64,000 nucleotides of DNA from Eledone cirrhosa (taxonomy: Eukaryota). Positions 1 through 11,599 of the stretch are shown one piece after another (the first letter of the stretch is position 1; every line of letters starts with the position of its first letter). A program made the position numbers and the translations under genes. The stretch lies in the NCBI GenBank assembly GCA_964016885.1, contig OZ024740.1, positions 215,760,001-215,824,000 on the forward strand, read 5' to 3'. The notes beneath the pieces were generated by a model, which worked only from the letters and a program-made list of their open reading frames with translations, had not been told where the DNA came from and made no database searches.

Positions 1-1130
1 AAGGAAACTAGGTGTAGAGGAATGGTTGGTGAGGATAGTGCAAGTTATGTACAGTGGTACTGTCAGTAAAGTGAGAGTAGGAATGGAATTTAGTGAGGAA
101 TTCCAGATACAAGTAGGAGTACATCAAGGTTCGGTCCTCAGCCTGCTCTTGTTCATTATAGTCCTCCAAGCCATAACAGATGAGTTTAAGACTGGCTGCA
201 CATGGGAACTTTTCTATGCTGATGATCTGGTTCTTATAGCAAAATCAGTAGAGGAGCTAGAGAATAAATTCTGGCCATGGAAACAGCAGTTGGAATCAAG
301 AGGACTGAGAGTGAACCTAGCTAAGAAAAAAGTGTTGATAAGTAGAAAAGAGGACAAAACTCCGATTCCATCAGGGAAATGGCCATGTTCGATATGTAGA
401 AAAGGAGCTGGCATAAATTCTATAAAATATACGCAATGCAGATCTTGGGTACACTAACAGGTAGGGAAAACTACATATGCAGTAGATGTACAGGGAAATT
501 TGACAATAGAAGTCACAGTGATAGACACATTTTTCAAATGCAGGTAGGTTCTATAGAAGTGGTTGATAGCTTCCGGTACCTAGGTGATCAGATTAGCATG
601 GGAGGGGGTGTTCTGAGGCCATATTGTCTAGAATAAGGATGGGTTGGAAGAAGTTTAGGGAGCTGGTTCCGCTGTTGATAAAGAAACGTTTTTCCCTGCG
701 CACGAAAGGCCGGTTATATGATGCCTGAGACATGGGCAGCAACTGCAGAGGATATGCGACGGCTGGAGAAAAATAAAGCAAGCATGCTCCGTTGGATGTG
801 TAATGTCAATGTGCGTGAACAACCAAGCATAGATGAGTTGAGAGAGAAATTGTGTATAAGAGGGATAAGTTGTAGTGTGCAACAGAGAAGGCTGCGATGG
901 TATGGACATGTGATGAGCATGTGTAAAGACGTACCAAGAAATCCCAGTAGAAGGAAGACGCAGTATAGGAAGACCACAAAAAATATGGCCAGAGGTGGTG
1001 AGAGGAGACCTCAGATCGCTGAAGCTCACAAAGGAGATGACAAAGGACCATGACAAGTGGAGAGATGCTATGCTGAATAGGACTCGCCCCAGGGAATGGC
1101 AGACGTAAAATGATGATGATGATGATGATA
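1..1130 (+). mobile_element. RTE-clade LINE, decayed 3' half (RT plus C-terminus, (GAT)n tail)
   Basis: RT motifs VGVHQGSVLS, LFYADDLVL, GLRVNLAK and FRYLGD, then RTE C-terminus RRLRWYGHV. Broken by stops and frameshifts. Ends in TAAAATGATGATGAT at ~1106-1130. Confidence 0.9.
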
Positions 1131-1329
1131 TATATACATATCTCTCTATATATATGCATTATATTATGATATACACAAATGTATATATTTATGTGTTTAT
1201 GTATATATGTGTGTACACATCTATGTATGTATATACGTACATGCCGTGATATAAATATGAGCGTGTATGTGTAAACAAAAAGGAGGAAGTGAAAATAATG
1301 GAAAGAAAAGATGTTTTCTTTAACATAGA

Positions 1330-1810
1330 ATGGTGGGTGTATGTGGAGTGTGTGGTGTATGTGGATGGAGTGTGTGGTGTATGCGGAGTGTGTGGTGTGT
1401 GTGATGGAGAGAAGATTGGGTAGAGGAGTGTACTGAATCTAGGGTAAATCTGGGTGGTGGAGGTAGTAGGGTTTTATACATGAGGTAATGGTGTGTACTG
1501 GATATAACTGGAGTAGATCTGGCTGATGGAGGTAGTGGTGTGTACTGAATGGAACTGAGGGTGCGGGGTGGCCTAGATTTAGGGGGTGGAGGAGGAGGTG
1601 AGGGGTAGAGATGGTAGGAGGTGGGGTAGAGGGTAGGAGGTGGTGAGAGGTAGAAGAGATGGTAGGAAGTAGAGATGGTGGGAGGTAGAGGAGATGGTAG
1701 GTGGTGGGGCAGATGGTAGGAGGTAGAGGAGATGGTGGGAGGTGGAGGAGGTGGTGGGAGGTAGAAGAGGAGATGTTGGGAGGTAGAGGTGATGGTAGCA
1801 GGTTGGGTGG
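1330..1810. repeat. G/purine-rich low-complexity tract
   Basis: Degenerate GGTG/GGAG/GTAG repeats; Pro/Ser/Thr-rich ORFs on the minus strand are compositional. Confidence 0.7.
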
Positions 1811-1934
1811 AAATTTCAATTACCTTCAGCCTCTTTCCAGTACATTTCTGTTGATCAGGAGACATGAAAGTCACCAATATGATAAAAGAAAATATTTAAA
1901 AATTCATATTTCTCCTGCCTAGATTATATCCATA

Positions 1935-2020
1935 CAGTACTGTACTATTGTATTGTACAGTATTGTATAATACTGTACTATAGTGTGGAGTATTGTATAG
2001 TACTGTACTATAGTGTAGAG
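1935..2020. repeat. 30-bp minisatellite (TAGTACTGTACTATAGTGTAGAGTATTGTA), block 1
   Basis: Same unit recurs at ~4248-4349 and 6885-7120. Confidence 0.8.
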
Positions 2021-2230
2021 CAAAGGTTCTCAACGGGGGGTCATATGCCCCCCCGGGGGGAATTTCGGAGCTCCAGGGAGGCATTTTGGAGCAAGGGGTC
2101 GTTAGGAAAGGCGTTTGAAGCTATGGGGGGGGGGTATCTAGGGGGGCACTGGAAGACTATTTACTTAGGTAAGTTTTATAAGCCATATTTGTACGTCTCT
2201 GAGACAGCCAGTGTAAATGCATTTGAATGA
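2021..2230 (+). mobile_element. Orphan left end of the hAT/Buster element
   Basis: Starts CAAAGGTTCTCAAC after GTGTAGAG and aligns by eye with 4350-4541, then stops. Confidence 0.85.
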
Positions 2231-2876
2231 AGAAAACGAAGAAATAAATAAAAGAACCTTGTCAACGAATTCCCTAGGGAGATAAAAGAAAAACGAAAGA
2301 AATCAAAGAAAATGAAAATAAGGACAACTTTAACAACAGTTACAAGAACAACAGAAACGACAAGAAAAAGGAGCAATGGTGATGAAGGTATGGGTGTATA
2401 CATATCCATACATACAATCATACACACACATGCATACATACATACATGGTGGCTGCCAACTCCTTTTCAGGTACGGCCACTACTTTATATCCATCTGGGA
2501 GAACCCCTACCGATGCGCTGAACGAGTGTGACTTTTTAGTCCAGCCAGCGACTTGAAAACTTTGGTACAAACACTACACTTGTGACAATTATTGACACAT
2601 AGTGCTGGGCCCATTGTACCCTGTGATGACAAGTGCAGAGAGATCTCCAGATATAAAGCAATGCCTGTGCTGTGAAGCTTTTATAGTGAGCAAAGGCACT
2701 GCACAAAGCCAGTCCCACTCTCTTAACCAAGATGATATTTACCAAAAAGAAGAACAAGTCAACATCATTGGATACCATCAGGGTTGCAGGTGTTATATCA
2801 GAGTTTTCCTTCTCCTAGAATTCTGTCTTGACAAAGGCTAAGGGGTCATCTCTCCCTATACATACATACATACATA

Positions 2877-3760
2877 ATGTTCAAACAAGAAAAAAAAATT
2901 GACCAATTTACAGAAAAAGTTGTGCATGGATACTTGAGGTGTAAAACACAGACCATAGAGGGGATAAACCACTCAAAAAGCCTGGCATGGAGTTCCGACA
3001 AGTTTATGACATCACACCTTGAGGGATATCTCTATGCAATACAGGAACAAGAACTCCCTACCAAATATCTGCTGCACAAAAGGGGAGGGCCAGCAGCTGA
3101 CAATAAATGTAGGCTATGTAAAACAAAGATCGAGGATGTAAGCTACATTGTTGCTAGCTGCGAAAGAATGTCATCTCGCTACTACCTCCCCATGAGACAC
3201 GATGGGATAGCTAGAACCATCTGGAACGCACTTCGGAAAACAAAATTAACAACAAACGAGGAAGAATATATTGAGACAGATGGCACTAAGGAATACTGGT
3301 GGAACCTGAAAATAAAAACTGCCACCAAATTAAAGCACAACCGGCCTGATATTGTTGTTTGGGACCACACATTGAAAACGTGTTCTGTTGTGGAGATCAG
3401 CTGCCCACTTGATGTAAACGTTGTCAGAAAAATACAGGAGAAGGAGGACATCTACGGACCATTGATGAGGAGTTTACAAATCCAGTATCCAAGATACACC
3501 TTTAGCTTCATACCCATCATTATTGGTGCTACGGGTTATATACCAACCCGCTTGGACCAAAGTATGACTGAACTTGGATTTGCGGACAAAAAGCGCAGCT
3601 CCCTAATTCATAGTCTACAAATGGCTGCGATAGCTGGCACCTTCAAAATTTGCAAAACATTCTTGCGATTCAAGGGATGACAATTTCTTTTCTTTTACAA
3701 CCTTGCCACCAGGAAGGTGGCCGGTCAAAACAATATACTCGAAATTAAGAGAAAGAGATA
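2877..3760 (+). mobile_element. R4/Dong-like non-LTR retrotransposon, 5'-truncated (zinc knuckle plus restriction-like endonuclease)
   Basis: 267-aa ORF (2877-3680) with EGYLYAIQEQ, CRLC..(H>Y)IVASC and the RLE motif NRPDIVVWD..VEISCP..EKEDIY. Short 3' UTR. (CATA)n on both sides. Confidence 0.85.
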
Positions 3761-4819
3761 ACATACATACATACAGGCCGGCATTGGTGTTTGATGAGGT
3801 TGAGAACCTGGTCAGCTTTCAGCCAGAAGTGTGGTATTTAATCTCCCTATGTAATAAAATGTGGAGACAAAAATTCTCTCCTTACCAAAAACAAACATAA
3901 ATCATGTCAACATCCTTACATACTCAAATATAAATGCATGTATATACACAAATGTATAAATGCATAGCTATATACATAGGTAAATGTATGTATGTATATA
4001 TATATATATATATTACACACACACACAGACAGACACACATATATATATTTTTTTTCTTTTTCCAGTCTGGTCTACCTCTGGATAGAACTCAATATAATCT
4101 TGTAAAATCCATAGAGATGTTCTGTGTTTCGCTGAATTAATTCTTTAGATACAGAGTCAGATATTAGGTATTAAATTAACAATAAAAATAAAAACAAAGT
4201 TATAAAGTAACTTGACTTTGTTGTTTTTATTTTCATTGTTAATTTGATAGTGTAGAGTATTTTACAGTACTGTACTATAGTGTACAGTACTGTATAGAGT
4301 ATTTTACAGTACTGTACTATACTGTATAGTATTGTGCTATGGTGTAGAGCAAAGGTTCTCAACAGGGGGCATATGCACCCCCAGGGGGCGTTTCGGAACT
4401 CCAGGGGAGCGTTTGGGAGCAAGGGGGCATTAGGGGGACGTTTGGAGCTTTGGAGTGCACTGGAAGGCTCTTTACTTTGGTAAGTTTTATAAGACATATT
4501 TGTATGTCTTTGAGACAGCCAGTGTGAATGCATTTGAATGAGCATGCACACAGCATAACTATGGTCTGACTGCAGCTGTGAGCAGGTATGCAGGCGTGTT
4601 TAGACATTGAGATCCTAACAATGGAAAAACCTACAGTCAATTGGGGCAAGGACACTTCAAGCGCAGCCAGTTAGAATCTTGTCTTTCCTTCACCGATAAC
4701 AATGTATTTCATGTCTGAAATTATTGACTCAACCGAAACGAGTTAACACTATGTAGATCTATTTTATTTCCTATTGTATAAATAATATTACAAAAAAAAA
4801 CAAAAAAAAAACACAGAAG

Positions 4820-5178
4820 CGGGTAGCACACACATCTAGGACCACATACAACACATAATCAGATAATACACACATCTAGGACCACATACAACACATAAGC
4901 AGGTAATACACACATCTAGGACCACATACAACACATAAGCAGGTAATACACACATCTAGGACCACACACAACACATAAGGAGGTAGCACACACATCTAGG
5001 ACCACATACAACACATAATCAGGTAATACATACATCTAGGACCACATGCAATACATAAGCAGGTAATACATACATCTAGGACTACCTACAACACACAGGA
5101 AGGTAATACATACATCTAGGACTACATACAACACACAGGAAGGTAATACATACATCTAGGACCAAATACAACACACAT
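4820..5178. repeat. 40-bp minisatellite, ~9 copies, inside the hAT element
   Basis: Unit CACACATCTAGGACCACATACAACACATAAGCAGGTAATA at 4829, 4869 ... 5149. Confidence 0.95.
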
Positions 5179-5179
5179 T

Positions 5180-6213
5180 GTATCATGTGCTACGGACGAC
5201 GCTAGAGCAATGATCGGCCATCATAAGGGTTTTGTCACTCTTCTGAAGAGAGAAAATCTATCTGTATTTGTTGTTCATTGTGTCATTCATCGACAACACT
5301 TGGCTGTGAAGAAACTCAGCAAACCACTGAGCAAGTCCTTGCAGGTGTCCCTTGATGTCATCAATTTTATCAAACGGCATTCCCTCAATGAACGAATTTT
5401 CCGGCAACTGTGCCAAGATAATGACGAAGAATTCGTCAAGTTGCTCCTTCATAATGAAGTGAGGTGACTTTCAAAGGGTAAGTGTCTTACTCACTTCTTT
5501 GAACTGTTCGACTCTATCATTGAGTTTCTGCGAGGACGCAACACAGAACTGTACAAGGAAACCCTCGATGTGAGGCAAAACTGCGCCTACCTTACCGACA
5601 TCGTCGACAAATGCAATAGCGTCATTTTGGCTTTGCAAGGAATGCTGTGAAAACATTCCTGGCCAAATTGAATGTCATCGAAAGGAATCTTTGTTGACGG
5701 GAATTCTATAATTTTTCTAGTGTCGCCAATGTTCAAAACATTGTAAGCGATGACCAACTCCAAATTTATACCGCTCACCTCCGTGCGCTACAAGACAACA
5801 TGAGAGAACGGTTTGTCGACCTTTTGCCGATAGACATCCCAATGTGGGTAGCAGATCCCTTCATAGCTAACGTCGATGATTTGGACGTTATATTTCAGGA
5901 AGAATTCATTGAACTTTAAGCAGATGACATGATCAAAATTAGATTTCCCAAAATAGGTGAACCCCTTTTTTGGATGCAAGAGGAAATTCAACGTCGATTT
6001 CCACACCTACATGCAGAGGCTAAGAGATTTACTGTGCCTTTTCCAAGCTCATACTTAGTCAAGAGGAGGTTTGGTGCTGTTTCCAGACTGCACAGTAAGG
6101 CTCGCAACTGCTACAATGTAATTACATGTGGAGATCTCCGGCTAAATCTTACGAAAATCCAGCCTGGCGTCAAAGAGTTAGCTAGACTCCATAAAGTTCA
6201 AGGGTCCCATTGA
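5180..6213 (+). pseudogene. Buster/ZBED8-like hAT transposase pseudogene (C-terminal portion)
   Basis: TDDARAMIG, HCVIHRQHL (CxxH), LLLHNEVR*LSKG and PFPSSYLV..F..DLRL..QGSH dimerisation end. In-frame stops and frameshifts. Confidence 0.9.
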
Positions 6214-6884
6214 AATGAGGTCAAAGTTAAAGTAAGTTGATTTATCCAAAAACTTGGATATGCTATTGTTACAAAGCAAACTAACAATTTTTTTTATTTC
6301 TAGTTGCAGTCTGACTGGACTGGAAACCATCTATTACAATTCACTTACTCATTTGTTGTATATATTTTACCATTTACTAATAAATATACCCTCTCGCGTA
6401 GTCATGAAAACCCTCTTCCGTGGTCTCTAAGCTCACAAAGCGGAGGGGACATCAAGTTAGATATCAACATTTATTCTGTCTGTTTCATTAAAGGGAAAAT
6501 TGGAAAGCTTTGAAATTATGTAATTGCCACTTTCTTCCAGATAAGAGCACACTTGGGATAGACAGAGTTGCTCTTGTATAAATGTTCAAAATAGCTGGTA
6601 TCGCCTGGTGGGAATATAACAAATTCAACTGGTCCTTATTCATAAAAAAGAACATTTATGTTCCTTTTTTTAAAATTTATATATTACCTTTCAAGGAATG
6701 TATTTATACTCTCAGCTGCCTGCAATGGTATCTTAGGAATATTGTTAATCAATTTTTTATTAATCTACAGATATCAAAATCAGTAGTATATTGAAAAATG
6801 GAAAAATGGGGGGGGGGGGGGGGGCGTTTCGTGATTTCGAGGGACAAAAGGGGACGTTTGGCCTAAACGGGTTGAGAACCTGTG

Positions 6885-7120
6885 GTGTAGAGTATTGTAT
6901 TGTACTGTACTATAGTGTAGAGTATTGCATAGTACTGTACTATAGTGTAGAGTATTGTGCAGTACTGTACTATAATGTAGAGTATTGTATAGTACTGTAC
7001 TATGGTGTAGAGTATTGTAGAGTACTGTACTATAGTGTACAGTGGTGTACTATAGAGTACAATACTACACAATACTGTAAAGTACTGCACTATTGTGTAC
7101 AGTATTGTATAGTACTATAT
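6885..7120. repeat. 30-bp minisatellite, block 3 (insertion target of the hAT)
   Basis: Period 30 visible at 6901-7050, decaying to the right. Confidence 0.9.
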
Positions 7121-7833
7121 GTTGAAGATACTTCTTTATCCATTTCATATAAGTGTGAAACTTATAACACTTTTTATAATCGTCCTCCCCTTCATTGTTG
7201 ATCTTGCTGTATGTGTATGTGTGTGTGTGAGAGAGAGAGAGAATCACCAGCCTGAAGATTGATAATGGAGTCAGGTCCATAACCATAATGGGTGACCTCT
7301 TTACGATAGTTCTTCGAAATGCATAATACTTTTTTCCTCTTTTTGATCTTCAAAACTTTTCACACATCTTTCGACTTAAATAATATGTAATTGAAATTCT
7401 CATCCTTGAAAAAAAAAATTAACCTCACACAAAATAATATATAATTTTCTCTACATACTTTCTGAGTAAATCATTCATCAAATTTAACTGTTAGCAAATA
7501 AGATTGGAGTTATCTTTTTCTTCTTTACAATTGAGCAAAATACATATGATAACTTGTATGATAAACTATATAACTTCGCTAAATTAACAATATTCTGAAA
7601 AAATTTTCAATGTTGGAACAAAATATTTGAATCTACAAATTGTTCTCCTCTTACAACTTGAACTACGTCTTTTTCTTAAATTTTTTTTAATGTAAAATGC
7701 AAAATCAACAACCTTCGTAACTCATATGAGAAATGTAAACAACTAATAATTGTGATTTATTTCTATAAAATCACCAATAATACTTATACTTGCACAATTA
7801 TTAATCTATATAGATATTTATATACTTACAACC

Positions 7834-8084
7834 TGTTGTAATGTAATAAGATAAAATGTACTTACTGTGGTTAGAAAAAGCTACCTCACTTACCGCTTTT
7901 CACAAGCGCCGCTAGATCCCATGGCTGGTTTCTCCGCTTCCACGTGCGTACAATCCAAATCATTAAAACCGGGAGCTGCAAAACTCGCGTTCACCTGATC
8001 ATCGCTAGAGAGAAGCCGACCTGCTGGCCCTTCCGGTCGAGCATTCCCCAGCTTCCGGCCACCGCACACCACACCATACCCACA
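7834..8084 (-). repeat. 3' LTR (~251 bp) of the Gypsy element
   Basis: On the minus strand a polypurine tract AGGGGGGCG (8093-8085) follows the integrase stop, then TGTGG ... CAACA termini. Confidence 0.75.
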
Positions 8085-11000
8085 CGCCCCCCTGATCTCA
8101 AGGATCAATTTCTCCCTCGTCCTTCTGCATATGAAAGTCTGCTGTCCAGGTTGGTGGTTTGCGATTTATTTGCGATCTCCAGAGTGTTGGGGCGGCACTT
8201 TGGGTTTCCTCTTCCTCGGAGTCCGTTGACACAGTGATTCTACGGACATCCAGGACATGACGTGGTACTCCATCCACGGACACATTGTTCTGGGAATTTA
8301 CGGCCGTCACCGTTCCCCTTCCCCATTGAGATGTGCAACGTGCATCTGGGGGCTTAACCCAGACTTCTTCGCCCACCTGCACGAATGCATTCACTCTCCC
8401 CACTGGCCGTTGTGGTGGTGTGCACGGGTGCCGCCACTCGTATCTGAATACTGCTCTGTGTGGCACCAATTCCTCAACCTGTCCCACCCGAGGGGACATG
8501 TTGTACCAGAACACTGCTTCCATTGGTGAGATATGGCCCCGCTCCGCCATTGCTTTGATCGTCCGGTGGTGTCGCTCCACGATTCCATTCCCGCTCGGCC
8601 TGTGCGCTGCTCTGAAGAAACGGTCCACCTTCCATCCATCGAGCATCTCCCTCAGCGCCTCTGAGCGGAACGTTGCGCTATTGTCCATCAACAGTTCGTC
8701 CACAGGGCTCCGCTCCAAGAACACCTCTCTCAACATCCACATGATTTCCTCGGCCGTTCCAGTCTTCATCTCCCTCCATCCCGGTCCACAGTCGACCATC
8801 GAGAGGTACGTTCCCTGTCGGTAGTGCGTTACATCCACCGCCAATCGCTTCTAGTCGCGATCCACCAGGAAGCTTCCCGTTTCGTGCACACTCGGGGCGG
8901 GATCAATGGACTGACATCGGCCGCAGCCTCTAACCACCCTTTGAACACTGTGTCTGTTAACGTCCAAGTCGATTCTCCTGGCTAGGAACAGAGTTCTATC
9001 CACTCCCATGTGGTGCATGTCATGCAACCCTTTCAGATCCGACTCGGTCAGCCGACACATGGCAGCTATCTCCTCTTCTACCTCCTCCGGCGCTTCCTCC
9101 AGGCTTTCTTCACCCTGGTTAAGACATCTGCCCTATTTTTCTCTGAGGGCACGAAAACTACGCTCAGCCTCAGGTCGAACTTGGTGGCCAGCTCTCCTAA
9201 AGTTCCCAGGTGGCGCTTTATCAGCATCTCCGCCACCCCTCTCGTTCGCACTCTCTTCTCACTGGTGAGCACTGATCTCACCCATCCGAGTACAGTAGCC
9301 GAGTCGGTGCGTATCTCGATGGTGCGCAGTCCCCACCTCAGGGCGAGGTTCACCCCTCTCAACACCACGTCCAGTTCGGCCACATTGATGTGGTTGCAGT
9401 TGTCCTTCTTCCTAAGCCAGGCTGCATCCTCGACCTCAACACCTATCTCCAACGTGACACCCAGCGCTATGCTGCTGGCATCGCACCATACGGTCCCGCT
9501 CTGCGATTTGGGAACATACCAGCGTCCCCGCACTGGGTTGTCGGCCTTCACCCTCTCCACGATCTCCTGCATCATGGCCACCGTCCTCTCTCCCACTCTG
9601 TCACTCCAAGTCACCCCTTCTGCTCATCTCTTGACATAGCTGCATGCCGTCCGGAGCCACCCAGCAATTGGGTAGTGACCCACCAACTTTCCACACACCG
9701 AGAAAAGCTCCCGCCTACTCATACTTGGGCCCAGTTCTAGAACTTCATTTCCCCTCTGGAATACCAAGACACCCGTCCTGTCTCGCCGTAGCCTAAGTCC
9801 CAGCGCGGCTCCTCCCTCCAACGCTTCTGATGGCTTCGCAGTCAGTCCGTACCCCTGTAAATGGCTCGTGACCTTCGCCGCCGACACTACAGACTCGTCC
9901 ACTAGGATTTCGTCAATGTAGGAATTAGTGGCCCTCTTCATCTTGTCAGCCTTTCCCAGAATGGTCTTGAGGACCGCCGCCATGATCTTCGGTGCGGAGC
10001 TCAGCCCGAAACCGAGCCTGGTCAGGCAATATGTCCGGCCCTTATACCTGACCAGCTGATACTGCCAGAGCTTCTCATCTATATGCAATTGCAAGTATGC
10101 CGACTTTAGATCTACAATTGCGGAACCCCCCGTCATGCGTCTCCACTCACGCAGGGTTTCCCCACAGACATCTGTGACCTCGCCACCCGTGTGGCATAAC
10201 ACGTGCTCGTTCAGCTCCCGAAAGTCCAGTACCGGCCTCACCTTGTTCTTCGTGGGTTGCGCCACTGCCATTAAAGGCAATACTCCGCACTTCACCTCCT
10301 CTTTCCATGCCCTCTTCAATCCATCTCTCTACCTCTCGCTCGAACTCGCTCCTAATGTCTCCCTTCAATGTGTGTTGATAGCAGCCCACTTTGGTCTTCA
10401 GTGTTGGTGGTTCTCCCTTCCTGTACCACTCAACAACCCATCGAACACGGCCTTGAAGTCTTTGTCCTGTATAGTGTAAGCGGGGTATTTCTCCTCGTGG
10501 GCCTTCTGGTTCTCCTGTCGCCTACTCACAGCGCATACCGATGCGGCACTGCCAAACGACACACCGATGTTGTTCACTGTGACGCCTCCTAGACGGCCAA
10601 TTGCGTCCATGCCCATAACCACGCCGATCCCATCCACCACGTTGTTGACTATGATGGCAGAAAGCCTTATTTTCCTTCCCCATACCGCCATCTCCACCTC
10701 GCTGCAACCTCGGCATTCAATTTTCCTACCGTCGACTGCCCTTACGTTGCTCTTCCCTCTCCACCACCCCCGCGGTCACCAGTGAAGTCGTACAGCCCGT
10801 GTCCACGAGGGCTCACTCTGGCTTTCCCCTCACGGGCAGCGCCTCTACACATAAGGGGCAACTACCGGCACAGTTGTTCCCCTTGGATCGTTTCCCTGGT
10901 CGCAGTTAGTAGCGATGTGGCCTGGTCGCTTACACCGGTAGCATATTATTTCCGGCCTTGACTCTCTACAGTCTCTCGCAATGTGCGGGCCCTGGCACCT

Positions 11001-11130
11001 AAAACAGCGACTTCTAAATGTTCGCGGCCGACCACGTGCCGTGGTTGCCTCCCTTTCACCATTTCGCTGCCAGCTGTCTTGGGCCTCTGTAGTTGCTATC
11101 GCCGCGACACTCTTCTTGGCATCTTCTGCT
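7834..11130 (-). mobile_element. Ty3/Gypsy LTR retrotransposon, 5'-truncated and frameshifted
   Basis: Minus-strand order: gag knuckles (CFRCQGPHIARDC, CYRCKRPGHIATNC), protease (ALVDTGCT near 10790-10815), RT (VLDFRELN, DLKSAYLQ, LGFGLSSAP, YIDE), RNase H (WCDAS, HINVAE, RTDS, NRAD), integrase (HHCC, DN..F, GNGIVER). GC-rich island. Confidence 0.92.
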
Positions 11131-11415
11131 ATGATTAAGTGTATTGACATATACAAAATGTTCATGTAAATACACTTTTGTAGTCTTGCTAGGAATTTTA
11201 AAAGCAGTGATTATGTCCGTTATTCTTAGCCATCTCTGGAGAGCACTCTGATGGTACAGTTTCTGGTTCATTAACCACCATCAGAGGGACTTACTTCGCT
11301 TGGATGCTTATATGAAATGAGCTAAATAAAAGCTTATAGTTTTTATGTTTATGAACATCAACTGATGGAGCTCATTTGCATACAGAGCTGGTGAGCTCCA
11401 ATTAATGAGATGTAG

Positions 11416-11599
11416 GGCGGTGGTTTGGCAGTATTGGTAGAGGGTCGGACGTCATGCTTTCCAGCATAGTTACGTCCCTTTACGATCTGAGTTCAAATCC
11501 CGCCGAAGTTGACTTTGCCTTTCATCCTTACGGGGGGTCGATAAAATAAAGTACCAGTAATGCACTGGATAATTGCTGGCCTTGCGCCTAAAGTAGAAA
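11416..11599 (+). mobile_element. tRNA-derived SINE, full length, with TSD
   Basis: A box TGGCAGTATTGG, B box GAGTTCAAATCC, central GCCTTTCATCCTTACGGGG.TCGATAAAATAAAGTACC (Meta-domain-like). 17-bp TSD CAATTAATGAGATGTAG at 11399-11415 and 11600-11616. Confidence 0.9.

Larger units (their letters stand above)
4350..6884 (+). mobile_element. hAT DNA transposon, Buster/Charlie type, internally rearranged
   Basis: TIRs CAAAGGTTCTCAAC (4350) and GTTGAGAACCTGTG (6871-6884), one mismatch. 8-bp TSD GTGTAGAG at 4342-4349 and 6885-6892 (nnnTAnnn pattern). Confidence 0.92.

Noticed and set aside
11416-11490. tRNA genes suggested by A/B boxes
   Set aside because: These are SINE heads: no cloverleaf, followed by SINE body, tail and TSD.
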